A DNA stretch of 64,000 nucleotides from Alphaproteobacteria bacterium. Its GTDB lineage: Bacteria; Pseudomonadota; Alphaproteobacteria; UBA2966. The DNA lies in NCBI GenBank assembly GCA_964291395.2, contig OZ219856.1, positions 1,856,001-1,920,000 of the forward strand. The letters run 5' to 3'. The notes beneath the pieces were generated by a model, which did no database searches, was not told the DNA's origin, and saw only the letters and a list, made by a program, of their open reading frames with translations. Positions within the stretch are counted from its first letter, which is position 1. Every line of letters starts with the position of its first letter. Shown here piece after piece: positions 20,187 through 30,543 of this stretch. Both the position numbers and the translations under genes were made by a program.

Positions 20187-22114
20187 AGATTGAGTTGACA
20201 GGGTGGCGAGCTTGCAATCTGCGGGGATATCTGCGCCAGGCAGACATCAGGCTTGGACCGCCTACCGCTACTTGGACCCTTCTTCAGATGCCGAACGGCA
20301 CTGGTAAAACCACCACGATGAATTTGTTACGAGCTGCCTTTTCGGGGCGTCCGCTCAACGCGGAAACAATTAGATCTCTGAAGGCCGATGATATTGTCGG
20401 AGATGGCTACTTTGAGATGTCGCTTGTCGTTGACGACTCTCCGTGGCGAGTAGAAATGGAGTTCGACTTTCGTCGGGAACAGTGCAGGTTCTTTACTACC
20501 TCTCCTGCGGAACAGTCCGGAGGGCGTCGAACGGTGCATAGCATGCCCGGAATATTGGGTGATACTCTTCGCAGGGGCCTCACAGAGCTATTCATCTTTA
20601 ATGGCGAACTTGCGGCAGAAATAATTAAATTGGGGCAAAATAGGGCTGATGCTGCGATCCGCTCTCTTTATCAGCTTGATCGGCTCTCGGACCTGAATGA
20701 AGAAATCAAACAATTGGCGCGAAAGCGCCAAGCGAGGGCTGGTGCTACGAGCGCGGCAAGCAAACATGCCATCAGGAGATTTGCTACGGATGTTGAGGAG
20801 GCAGAAACTATATTGGAAGAACTTGAGGCCAAAGAACGTACATTGACTAAGCAAATACGTGGGTGTGATGAAAGAATCAAGAACATAGAGGAAGAAATAG
20901 AGGATAAGGAAGAGCAAAGTGACGAGTATGCAGACCAGATGCGGGAAGTTAACGCAGAAATTGGCTCGCTTGAAGACCTTGTCACACGCCTGGGTTCATC
21001 GGCTTTGCAGACTTTCCGGGTCCCACCGCTCCTTCATGCTGTTCTGAGAGAGCGTCTGGCTTCATTGGGAGGGCGATTGAGTAAACTGCGCCTGCCAAGG
21101 ACTATGTCCGAAGAATTCTTTCTACAACTCGCAGAAGCTGCTGATTGCATTTGCGATCGCCCACTGGGCCCGACGGAACAAGCTGCCATTAGGCGCAATG
21201 CAACAGATTTCCTGGGACAAGATGAGGTGGCTGTAATCAATCAAATGAAACTCGCGTTACGTGATACCAGCGACATGCCCGTACGCTTTGAGGAACTGGC
21301 GGAACAGCTGCGCACGGCTCAGCAGGACTTGCAAAGCCAAGAGCAGCGTAAGCGACGACTTCATGTACAAATGAGCGAGGCGGGAACAGAAGACTTCACG
21401 GACCTGCAGAACGAAAGGGACAAGCTCAAGCGAACGCGTGAGCGAGCAGCCGACGCGCTATATCAGCTCACTCATGTTGACGGTTCGCCGGGTAGTCTGA
21501 ATTGGAGAGCGAACATTCCGTTGTGCCGGATTGAACTGAAGGATCGGGAGCGTAAGCATGAAACGGCTACGGGGACCCATGACTTCATGCAACGTACAGC
21601 GCACCTGCGCAATCTCGTGGCTTCTGTGGAGCGCGATTCTCTGCGTCGCTTAAGGCGAAGGATACAAACGGATACTAACGCAACGTTGGAGAGGATTTTA
21701 CCAAACGAACAACTGCGCATTTCCGCAATTGATGGGAGCCTTCGCCTTGAAACACCCGAAGTAGCGGAAAAGACGGGCGTGAGCGAGGGTCAGAAGCTTG
21801 CGGTGGCATATGCGTTCCTCACCTCACTATTAGCCAGGGCACCGTACGAACTGCCCTTCGTCGTTGATTCTCCAGCTGTCTCGCTGGATGTCGAGATACG
21901 TCGAACAGTGGCTCAGTTCATCCCAGATCTTTTCGAACAAATGATTATGTTTGTTATATCGAGCGAGCGAGATGGATTCGTGGACGGCTTTTATGAGCGG
22001 CAGGATGCTCGTTTCCTGACCGTGGCCTTATCACAGGCCGGGGGCGAGACCGAACTTCGGGAGGGAATCGATGCCTTCAAAGCCTTTCAAAGCTTGGAAG
22101 ATACTAGGTTATGA
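20183..22114 (+). CDS. pbeC: SMC/Rad50-like ABC ATPase with CxC hook, PbeC-like
   Basis: Walker A MPNGTGKTT, IFNGE, coiled coils, CICDRPL, signature VSEGQK, Walker B FVVDSP. Confidence 0.72.
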   Translation: MKIELTGWRACNLRGYLRQADIRLGPPTATWTLLQMPNGTGKTTTMNLLRAAFSGRPLNAETIRSLKADDIVGDGYFEMSLVVDDSPWRVEMEFDFRREQCRFFTTSPAEQSGGRRTVHSMPGILGDTLRRGLTELFIFNGELAAEIIKLGQNRADAAIRSLYQLDRLSDLNEEIKQLARKRQARAGATSAASKHAIRRFATDVEEAETILEELEAKERTLTKQIRGCDERIKNIEEEIEDKEEQSDEYADQMREVNAEIGSLEDLVTRLGSSALQTFRVPPLLHAVLRERLASLGGRLSKLRLPRTMSEEFFLQLAEAADCICDRPLGPTEQAAIRRNATDFLGQDEVAVINQMKLALRDTSDMPVRFEELAEQLRTAQQDLQSQEQRKRRLHVQMSEAGTEDFTDLQNERDKLKRTRERAADALYQLTHVDGSPGSLNWRANIPLCRIELKDRERKHETATGTHDFMQRTAHLRNLVASVERDSLRRLRRRIQTDTNATLERILPNEQLRISAIDGSLRLETPEVAEKTGVSEGQKLAVAYAFLTSLLARAPYELPFVVDSPAVSLDVEIRRTVAQFIPDLFEQMIMFVISSERDGFVDGFYERQDARFLTVALSQAGGETELREGIDAFKAFQSLEDTRL

Positions 22115-22611
22115 GTTTCGTAGTTCACTGTGACCTACGCGAATATTTCGGGTTTCGCGGTGGTCGAGCCTTCGCGGCCACCGGTATACCAGAAGAAGGT
22201 CCTAGACAGTTTCTGCTGTTTGATGCTTTCTACGCCTGCTTACTTCTTGGTTTAGCAAGGGAGACGTTGGGAAAGGAGGAAGTATTGGAAGGTGATCCCT
22301 TTGTTGTAGGCTATCCAGAAGACTTTAGACAATCCCGTGAGTTCATCGCTGGCTTAATAGTAGAGACCGAATTGAGGAGATTGGATACAGAGTACTATAG
22401 TGAAAGAGATTTCGAGCGCGAAATTGCTAAACTTTTGGATTTGAACGAGCCCACGCGGCTGAGCAGTTCCACGGGCATAACTTGCGCCAATCTTTACGCA
22501 GCGGGTGGTTTTGAATATATGCGGGATGCGTTACAGCCCAAACCCACAAGCGTCGAGGACTTTCTATTGCGCTATCATGACTTGTGGTCAAACGACGCGC
22601 GATCAGAGTAA
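22111..22611 (+). CDS. pbeD: Small protein, PbeD-like
   Basis: ATGA overlap with the ATPase; FDAFYACLLLGL...YPEDF...NLYAAGGFEY; assignment by position. Confidence 0.6.
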   Translation: MSFVVHCDLREYFGFRGGRAFAATGIPEEGPRQFLLFDAFYACLLLGLARETLGKEEVLEGDPFVVGYPEDFRQSREFIAGLIVETELRRLDTEYYSERDFEREIAKLLDLNEPTRLSSSTGITCANLYAAGGFEYMRDALQPKPTSVEDFLLRYHDLWSNDARSE

Positions 22612-24461
22612 TGGACGTCGCGACACGATATCGGGATAGCGTTTTGTGCCTACGCACCGCGCCAACGACGTTATCGGGACTGCTCGGCGGTTTTGGAACT
22701 TTGGCAGTTCCTCCTTTTCAACGCGCTTATGCGTGGGAAGAGGCTCAAGTGTCTGCGTTTCTTTCGGATATCGAGCGCTGCCGTCTAGCACGATTAGGCG
22801 GTGACAGCACCCCACATTACTTCGGTGCGATTGTGTCTAGCTTGTCAGCCGTACCCGGTTCATCCCGCCCGCATAAGATACTTATCGACGGACAGCAGAG
22901 GCTAGCAACGTTATACATGTTGATTGTGCACCTGAGGCGTCGGTTTGAACAAGCGTCAAAGTTGGCGGCGGCTGAGAAAGACGGAGAACGTGAAAGAGTC
23001 CTGGAAGCGAGAGCCATTGGGTTGTTACATCAATTTGAGATAACTCGAGATGTTGAGTTTACTGATCCAAAAACCGTTCGAAAGTTAAGTCTGAGTAATG
23101 CCGACAATGCATTCTTTGTAGCGTTGACGACAGGAGAGAATTGTAGTCCCGATCGGGTTTCGCATGAGCGTTTGAAGACAGCTTTTGAGATGATTGGGGA
23201 TCACTTTAATAGGCTGTTGGAACGTGCAACGGACTCGGGAGGACATCTGCGATCATTGGAACCGCTTTATCAAGCCTTCATACGAGATTGGTCTGTCGTT
23301 CACTTGGCTGTCGATGATCGACGACATGCCAATCTAATTTTCCGAGTTCTAAATACGCGCGGCATTCGCATCACAGAGGGTGAACTGTTGCGCTCCCGCA
23401 CTCTAGAGGCAGCGGCGCCGCAGCTCGAAGCGGCCAAGGTATCTGCGATGTCGGACGCGTGGGACAGTATATTGATCGGTGAGCCGATCGTGGCGGATGA
23501 AGCGCTGGGCATGGTTTTTCAAGCTCGCTATGGTCGCAAGCCGTCAGTGGGTAAGATGGACTCGGACTACGAGACGGAATGTTTCCCGGCCGTCTTGGAG
23601 ACCGAAGGCCTAACCAAGACGGAAGCAGAGAATCTGCATCGAGCCGTCCTTGTTCTGCGGGAAGATATGCGTGCTCTGGCACGGTTAGGCTCCGGCTATC
23701 CGCCCTTCGAGGATGCAAACACAATTGATGCCGTCAGTCGCTCACGCTTACACGCATTGATCACAATCTTAAAGCAGAGCTACTGCTTACCTCTGTTACT
23801 CGCAGGACGATCCCTGAACCCCAACTCATTCGCAAGTCTTTGCGATGTGGTCGAACGATTTGCGTTTAGGTATTCTGTTATTGCCCGGGCTCCGATCTAT
23901 CCGGTGGATGCTATTTTTTCGGAACACGCTATCCTGCTCAGCAATGAGCCAGGCACCTTCAAGCTCGGAAAACTCGTTGAAGATCTACAAGGCCTGCTAG
24001 ACGACTTTGCGAATGATGAGCATTTTGCACAATGCCTACGATCGCTGAGGTACGGCCAAAACTTGAATCCGGCTATCCGATATCTTCTTATACTTCTCGA
24101 ACAAATGCATGCATGGTGGAAGAACAACCCACAGGGAAAGCCAGTCTGCCGCGATCCGACGAGGATACTCGATTTTGTCACAATGACAATTGAGCATGTC
24201 CAGTCTCCAAAGGAACCTGGTTTGGACCCGGACCTGATTCCCTTCATTGACACGCTGGGCAATCTTACTGTGCTGAGTAGTGGTCAGAACGACGCTCAGG
24301 GGAACAAAGCGTTTGCCGAAAAGAAACCGATTTTAGAAGATTCAAATCTCGGAATGAATAGAGAATTAGCGGAGAATGATGTTTGGTCGATTGAAACGAT
24401 ACAGGCCCGAACAGACGAACTTGTTAGAATGTGCCTAGCGGTCTTCACACTGACACGATAA
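22611..24461 (+). CDS. DUF262 + DUF1524 (HNH) protein, GmrSD/SspE-like
   Basis: VPPFQRAYAW, YFGAIV, LIDGQQRLATL, IFRVLNTRG; C-terminal TIEHVQSP...LGNLTVL...N...GNKAFAEKK; TAATG coupling to the previous gene. Confidence 0.88.
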   Translation: MDVATRYRDSVLCLRTAPTTLSGLLGGFGTLAVPPFQRAYAWEEAQVSAFLSDIERCRLARLGGDSTPHYFGAIVSSLSAVPGSSRPHKILIDGQQRLATLYMLIVHLRRRFEQASKLAAAEKDGERERVLEARAIGLLHQFEITRDVEFTDPKTVRKLSLSNADNAFFVALTTGENCSPDRVSHERLKTAFEMIGDHFNRLLERATDSGGHLRSLEPLYQAFIRDWSVVHLAVDDRRHANLIFRVLNTRGIRITEGELLRSRTLEAAAPQLEAAKVSAMSDAWDSILIGEPIVADEALGMVFQARYGRKPSVGKMDSDYETECFPAVLETEGLTKTEAENLHRAVLVLREDMRALARLGSGYPPFEDANTIDAVSRSRLHALITILKQSYCLPLLLAGRSLNPNSFASLCDVVERFAFRYSVIARAPIYPVDAIFSEHAILLSNEPGTFKLGKLVEDLQGLLDDFANDEHFAQCLRSLRYGQNLNPAIRYLLILLEQMHAWWKNNPQGKPVCRDPTRILDFVTMTIEHVQSPKEPGLDPDLIPFIDTLGNLTVLSSGQNDAQGNKAFAEKKPILEDSNLGMNRELAENDVWSIETIQARTDELVRMCLAVFTLTR

Positions 24462-24475
24462 CCGGAAAGTGCCTA

Positions 24476-25645
24476 TCAGTCGCCTAAAGCACCACTACGG
24501 AGCTGTTCCACCGCTTTGGCGAAGGCCCCAGCCACAAAGTCGACATCCGCATCCTCAGTGTATCGCCCCAACCCTAGCCGAAAGGCCTCCCGTGCCCTGG
24601 GCTGATCTCCGAACATCGCCTTAAGGACATGCGAGGTCTCAACTTTTTCAGTCGAACAGGCGCTTGACGCAGAGAATACAACCTGATTGCGCAGAAAATG
24701 CATGAGGGCGAGCGGTTCTATTCCGCTGATGGAGATCGACGTTGTATTAGGTAATCGGCATATGCGATCACCATTGATACGGGATCCCGAAATTCCTAGA
24801 AGTGTCTCCTCTAATCTATTTCGACGGAACGCAATCGCGGCAGCATCTGTGGTTCGGCGCGCCTTAACAAGAGCAAATGCCTTTCCAAGTCCAACAATTC
24901 CGTGGGTATTGAGTGTTCCTGATCGCAAACCCCTTTCCTGGCCACCACCATAGATGAGTGATTGCATATTCACTCGCGGTTTTCGTAGTCTGACGTATAA
25001 AGCTCCTACACCTTTTGGGCCGTACATCTTGTGCCCGGAAAAACTAGCGAGGTGTATATTCTCCAAGCCCACATTAATTGCGATATATGCGGTTGCTTGA
25101 GAAAAGTCTGTATGGAACAACGTGCCTGAATTTGCACAGATTGCACCAATTTCTCCAATTGGCTGTAAAGTTCCTGTCTCATTATTCGCAGCCATAACAG
25201 ACACCAGCCCCGTGTGTTCTGTCACCACTTCTCGAACATCTGAAAGGGCGACTCTGCAGTCCTTATCGACAGGCAAAATGGTAATCCTGGCTCCTTCATC
25301 TTTTAGGGAATTGACTGTCTCGAGTATAGAGGGGTGTTCGATTGCAGTCGTAACGACGTGGGGTCGTCCAGCCCGGCGCAGGGCTGGAAATGCTCCGCGG
25401 ATGGCAAGATTATTGGATTCGGTTGCACCACTCGTAAAGATTACCTCCTGCTGCCTACAGTGAATCAGAGTTGCTACCTCTCTCCGTGCTTGTTCTATTG
25501 CTGATTGTGCTTGATATCCGGCAATATGTTCGACACTGGAGGGATTGGCCGAATGTAAACGCATTGAGCAGCCGGTCGCCTCAATAACGCTCTCGTCCAC
25601 AGGCGTTGAGGCATTATGGTCGAGATAGATGGGTTGTGCCGTCAC
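24476..25645 (-). CDS. dndA: Cysteine desulfurase, DndA
   Basis: IYLDHNASTP, FTSGATESNN, SGHKMYGPKGVG, SASSACS; coupled to dndE. Confidence 0.88.
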   Translation of the reverse strand: MTAQPIYLDHNASTPVDESVIEATGCSMRLHSANPSSVEHIAGYQAQSAIEQARREVATLIHCRQQEVIFTSGATESNNLAIRGAFPALRRAGRPHVVTTAIEHPSILETVNSLKDEGARITILPVDKDCRVALSDVREVVTEHTGLVSVMAANNETGTLQPIGEIGAICANSGTLFHTDFSQATAYIAINVGLENIHLASFSGHKMYGPKGVGALYVRLRKPRVNMQSLIYGGGQERGLRSGTLNTHGIVGLGKAFALVKARRTTDAAAIAFRRNRLEETLLGISGSRINGDRICRLPNTTSISISGIEPLALMHFLRNQVVFSASSACSTEKVETSHVLKAMFGDQPRAREAFRLGLGRYTEDADVDFVAGAFAKAVEQLRSGALGD

Positions 25646-26019
25646 GTTACTTCGTTTCCCGCTAGCAAACGTGCAGCATCCGCCGGCGTTTTGATCCGGG
25701 TCGAGAGCTGACGAACACCGCGGTCAATATGACATCGTAGGCGATTTAAGAGTTCAGTTTCATCGAGGACTTCCCCATTTGGCGCTTCAACCAACCGCAA
25801 TAGGGAAGTGTAAATGGGCTGATCAACACCAAAAAGTGTGTACGCATTGAATTCCTGGCCGTCCTCAAGGGCACTTCCAACGGGACCAACGGTACCCTCG
25901 TGTAAAGAGGTTGCGATCGCCATGCGACAGATGAGATTTGGCGTGAGCCCGGCGCGCTGGCGCAACACCCTCAAGCGGTTGGTAGCTTCGGCAGAAATTC
26001 GGAATTTGCTAATGTGCAT
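25642..26019 (-). CDS. dndE: DNA sulfur modification protein DndE
   Basis: FRISAEATNRLRVLRQRAGLTPNLICRMAIATSL...EFNAYTLFG...HIDRG. Confidence 0.85.
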   Translation of the reverse strand: MHISKFRISAEATNRLRVLRQRAGLTPNLICRMAIATSLHEGTVGPVGSALEDGQEFNAYTLFGVDQPIYTSLLRLVEAPNGEVLDETELLNRLRCHIDRGVRQLSTRIKTPADAARLLAGNEVT

Positions 26020-27961
26020 GCGGGATACCACTGCCGATGGTCGTCGCGTGAGGTCGGGCTACAGTCTGGCGCGTCCCCTCAGAGACACTAAGCTCAAAGC
26101 GACGCGCGACATAGGGTAGTATAATAGCCTCCAAGTCCTCGGTAAGTTCAGAGTCGGTACAGAGCAAAATGACCTGATGACTTGCAGCAGGAACATATTG
26201 CTCAACGATTGCACGGCGATGAGAGCGATCCAGGTGGGATAGGGGCGTATCTATAATGACTGGAAGCTCTCGACCACTGCTTTTCGCCAAAGCCCAGAGC
26301 ATTGAAATTGCGAAGATTTGTCGCTCGCCGGCGGAGAGTGACTCTTTCAATACACTCTTTCCGTGATCATCAATAAGTGCAATTGCAAAGCTTTCCCGAT
26401 CTACCTCCACTCTTGATACAAAGTGCTTCTTTCTTATGAGTACGTTGAAGCACTCCGCGAAATGGCTTGAGAGGGTTTCCAATCTTTGTTCCAGCACTTG
26501 GCATTCATAATCTGCAAGAGCCCGTTGCGCTCGGGTAGCTAAATCAAGCTGACGTTCTTGGTAGTTCCGGCGTAGGAGGGCGTCGCGAGCGTTATTGTGC
26601 TCCTTTTCAAGGACTTGAACTTGGAAACGAAGTCGATCAATTTCTGATGTCAGGGTTCGTAGTGTTGTTTCCACAACTCCGAGATCATACTCTGCCGATT
26701 TCAATGCCTCCAGCGCTTCCGTGGCAGCATTGGTGTCTAGTGAAGATTGTTGTGCCTTTAGTCTATCGCGCTCCTGAAGAGCCTCGTCCAAATGATCTCC
26801 AACGCTCAATGCGCCCAACCGCAGTTGCACATCTACTTGGCTTAGACGATCTGCGATCCAAGCAGGTTCAGCGTCGAACGTGAATTCTGGTTCCTTTGTC
26901 TGTTCATTCAAGAATTGATGCATTGCCCTAAAGTGCTCCTTGGTCCAGGCAGGCTCCCTCTGTGGACCGTTGAGTCTCGCCTTTTCGAAAGCCGCCAAGA
27001 AGGACATAACGGCCCTTTGTGAGCTGCGTGACACTTCATCTGTTGTCAAGTTCCGCAGTCGTATGAGTAAGGAGGGAGCCATGCCGAGGGGCAGCACGCC
27101 ATTCGCTAGTCGCTTCAGTTCGCTGTACAGGCTCTCAATCCGCTTTTCACTAGCAGCTCTTGCCTTTAGAAGCGCGTCCCGATCGATCGCGAGGGTTCCT
27201 CCTTCTTGCTGAAAAGCCCTCTGGGCTCTTTCGATGCGCCGGGCCACTTGATCGCGTGAGCTCCGCAAGTCCGCGGCCTTGTCTTCTCTAAGCGCGAGCT
27301 CTTCCCTTTTTGCTTTCAAATCACGCTCGATCGATTCAAAATCAATATCGCCGCCGTCTTCATCAACACGGCTGACGTAAAGCGCCAAGTCGTTGCGTAG
27401 TTGTTCAACCAAATCGAGTCCCAGAACAGACCGAACTGATTCCCGGAAACCAGCCGCTTCGGTGCTATCTGCAATATCTCGTACCTTATCTCCATCAAAG
27501 AAAAAAAGTTGCGACACTCCCGTTGGAATCAGATCCTCAACATAGTGCTCCCAGTCTTCGCGTGGGATATTTTCGACTTCTTGACCGTCACAGATCAGCT
27601 GCAAGGAATCTATCACAGTTGCACCGTGCGCTGCCCAGGTTCGGGTTACCTCATAAAGTTGTTGCTTCCCTCCCTCGCGAAGCGAGAACGCCAAACTCAC
27701 CGAGGCTTGTCGCATGGGTGCAAATGAGTAAATCTTCTCCAACAAATACTTCTCATATTGCAGCCGTGATACCCTAGGTCCCAGAGCGCGTCTACCGTAA
27801 AGTACCAGTCTCACAGCTTCTAAGAAGGTTGTTTTGCCACTTCCATTGTGACCCCCAATGACAATTACATGCCTATCTCCCGCCGGTTCCGGTTGGAGTT
27901 GAAATATATTGGTGCCGCCATATAGGCCGAAATTTTCGAGCTGAAGACGTTGCAAAATCAC
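26009..27961 (-). CDS. dndD: DNA sulfur modification protein DndD (SMC-like ATPase)
   Basis: LENFGLYGG, GHNGSGKTTFLEAVRLVLYG, LFFFDGDK, LSAGERQIFA, PVIIDTPL, ASHQVILLCTDSE. Confidence 0.92.
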   Translation of the reverse strand: MILQRLQLENFGLYGGTNIFQLQPEPAGDRHVIVIGGHNGSGKTTFLEAVRLVLYGRRALGPRVSRLQYEKYLLEKIYSFAPMRQASVSLAFSLREGGKQQLYEVTRTWAAHGATVIDSLQLICDGQEVENIPREDWEHYVEDLIPTGVSQLFFFDGDKVRDIADSTEAAGFRESVRSVLGLDLVEQLRNDLALYVSRVDEDGGDIDFESIERDLKAKREELALREDKAADLRSSRDQVARRIERAQRAFQQEGGTLAIDRDALLKARAASEKRIESLYSELKRLANGVLPLGMAPSLLIRLRNLTTDEVSRSSQRAVMSFLAAFEKARLNGPQREPAWTKEHFRAMHQFLNEQTKEPEFTFDAEPAWIADRLSQVDVQLRLGALSVGDHLDEALQERDRLKAQQSSLDTNAATEALEALKSAEYDLGVVETTLRTLTSEIDRLRFQVQVLEKEHNNARDALLRRNYQERQLDLATRAQRALADYECQVLEQRLETLSSHFAECFNVLIRKKHFVSRVEVDRESFAIALIDDHGKSVLKESLSAGERQIFAISMLWALAKSSGRELPVIIDTPLSHLDRSHRRAIVEQYVPAASHQVILLCTDSELTEDLEAIILPYVARRFELSVSEGTRQTVARPHATTIGSGIPHAH

Positions 27962-29425
27962 GTCTTCTCTCCTTGGACTGGATTGACTGATCCAACGGAC
28001 GCTAAGCTCGCCGTCTCGCGCTCCTTCAAAACTTCCTCTATGCTACGCCATTCCTTTTCCATGACCGCAGCAATACGTTTGTGAACTGTCGCTCGTCGCT
28101 TTAGGCCACGTACCGAGCGTTCTACATCCAAGAGTTCGGCGAGCAACTCTAATTGATACTTCGTGCTTGTCACACACTGACCGCAACAAGACTCCGTCCT
28201 CGTGCGAAAATTGGTAGCCATCATCTTCTTCCACTGTTAATTTACGTCTAAGCACCTCTGATACAATAAGACTTACGCTATCTGACCAGTCGCCCTTCTC
28301 TGTACGCCACAGTCTCCGTATCTCTCTGAGTTCTTCGTCCTGAATGAGAATTATCTTCTCACCCGGTGGAGCATCGCTAGAGATTCTCAGCTGAGCTTCA
28401 AGAAGTTTACGCAAGAATGCCTTGCGATATTCAAGTGTGTACGGTCCAGGTATAGGATCGGAGCGACTTTCGACAAAGGTTACTTTGCCACTGCGTCGCC
28501 GAAACTCTCTCACCGTGGTCTTCCTCTTTGGATCCTGGGTCGAAGCCAATTCATCTCGGAGCTCGAGTAGCGGCTCAAGCCACTCCTCTCCATTATCAAT
28601 TAGGGCTTCCATGGCCCTGTCCCTTGAAACAACGGTGCAAACCCAGCATCCGAATCGAGAGTTCCCGCAACTTTCCGTGTGCTTGTCTACTACAAGCGGA
28701 CACTCCCCTGCTTGCGCGTTCCTATAAAGGGCAAGGAGCTGGCGGTTGTCGACGCCCCAGGGTGATGGCACTTGCAGAAGATAGGTCCATACGTCATCGA
28801 TTGTGAAGGACTCAATGGGAGTGTACACATAGGCGCCTTGAAGGGTGGAATGCCGCGACAGCGGGGAACCCGATATTCGATGAAGCGCCATCACTTGTGC
28901 ACGCGTCGCGCTTTCTGCCTTACGTACCCCTAGCACCATGACAACTTCACCATATTCTGCTACCGTATTCTTAATGAAGGCATTCGCTGGATCGATTTTT
29001 AAGCGCTCAGTGCACCAGCGGAAGCGTTTTGACGGAGCCGGATATCCCCTTCCGATCAAATTTACCCAAAAGCTATTCTCCACCTCGGGAACCACCTTCT
29101 GGGCAGAGATGGGCATGCCCTGTTTGCGGGCGGCATCATTTATTGCTATGAGTGCATTATCGATATAATTGACAATGACGGGAGTCTCGACAAGTGTGTC
29201 GGAACTCAACACATAAATTGGCTTCTTATAATCCGCCTTAGAAAGTGACGCAATCGCGTTCCAGATTAACTGCAAAGCACATGTTGAGTCTTTTCCGCCG
29301 CTGTACCCAATTACCCATGGCCGCTCGTCCGCTTGATAAACGCGTCGGATCTCCTGCTCTAAGTCGCTAACAGAACGAGTAGCCTCATAGGGCTCGTTGT
29401 TCTGGTCAAACAAATCCTGCATCAC
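27958..29425 (-). CDS. dndC: DndC sulfurtransferase; apparent single-base frameshift near 28152
   Basis: PWVIGYSGGKDS, DTLVE, FRWCTERLKI, ECPL, SCGNSRFGCWVCTVV; the DndC-like tail ELLAELLDVERS..RRA lies in another frame ending at 27958, overlapping the dndD GTG. Confidence 0.9.
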
Positions 29426-30543
29426 TCCGCTTCCTCCATGGCACGGTCGTCCGTAGTAATTCTTATCAAACTGTCTTCGGCCACCTTCCCGCGTTCATCG
29501 AGTGGCAAACCGATTGCTCGAAAGAGGACATTAGCGCCCAGAAGTACAGCCCGGCGTTGACCGTTCATCCTCACACCATTCATGACACGTCCCTCCCAAA
29601 GTCCAGAGTTTCGACGTGACCAATCGATTCGTGCAAGTGCTGTAAGGTCTTGTTTCCACTGGGTGGGACGACACTCAAGCAATTTACCACCAAGCACGCC
29701 AAATGCTTGAAGCATAACTCCATGGGCATGTACCGTGTTTTGACGAAGGTCACAGGCTGAATGCGCGCCAGCTTCAAGTCGCCTCCAATCCTCCATGACA
29801 TCGTAGAGCGCTGTCCAATATGTCCTGACGGCATTCTCTGTATCGTCCCCGAAGCGATCCGCCGCCGAACCTACCATCCACTCATGGGCCTGATTGAGGC
29901 TTGACAGAGTGTACAGTTTAGTAGTGCGGTTGGAGAGAGATACCTTTTCAAGTTCGACGAAACTTCTAAAAAATGGCACTTGCTCCAATACACGGGATGA
30001 CAATCGAGATAACGGGCTACGATGATCGAAAAGTACATTGAGAGACCCGGACGGACGAATAGCATTCTTGTTGAGGTCAGCAAACATCTGTTGGCTACGC
30101 TTCAATCCGCGATCAGCAAATACGACAACAGAAATCGTTTCGTTTTCTAGTTCAGGGCGTATCTTAAGTGCTTCCCCAATTGCAGCCATTCGGTGCTGGC
30201 CGTCATTGAGAACAATGCGCGCTTCCATCGGTATGGTTAGGGTTCCTACATTCCGCAATGCAGAATCTTCACCAGCTGAGTGAAAGTCGAGATCCCCATC
30301 GACTGACGCACAGAGAGATGACAGAATGTAGTCTTCCCAATTCGTTGCAAGATAGGCCGCAATCTGCGGCACACGGGCCTTGGATAACACCCGCTGTGCT
30401 CGCATATCGGCTGGTAAGTCTTCATTATCAAAAACGAAAATCCGCTGGACCAATTTCAGCGGAATCATCACAGTGAAATACGCCGTTCGTGCCTGCACCC
30501 CACGAATGGCTGAGAAGCTGTAGGTATTTCCATGCACGCCCAC
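29422..30543 (-). CDS. dndB: DndB DGQHR-domain regulator
   Basis: AIRGVQA, RAQRVLSKARVPQIAAY, NDGQHR, SQQMFADLN, LFDHR. Confidence 0.92.
   Translation of the reverse strand: MGVHGNTYSFSAIRGVQARTAYFTVMIPLKLVQRIFVFDNEDLPADMRAQRVLSKARVPQIAAYLATNWEDYILSSLCASVDGDLDFHSAGEDSALRNVGTLTIPMEARIVLNDGQHRMAAIGEALKIRPELENETISVVVFADRGLKRSQQMFADLNKNAIRPSGSLNVLFDHRSPLSRLSSRVLEQVPFFRSFVELEKVSLSNRTTKLYTLSSLNQAHEWMVGSAADRFGDDTENAVRTYWTALYDVMEDWRRLEAGAHSACDLRQNTVHAHGVMLQAFGVLGGKLLECRPTQWKQDLTALARIDWSRRNSGLWEGRVMNGVRMNGQRRAVLLGANVLFRAIGLPLDERGKVAEDSLIRITTDDRAMEEAE

Noticed and set aside
27958-28224. 88-aa ORF as an extra dnd gene
   Set aside because: It is the out-of-frame C-terminus of DndC
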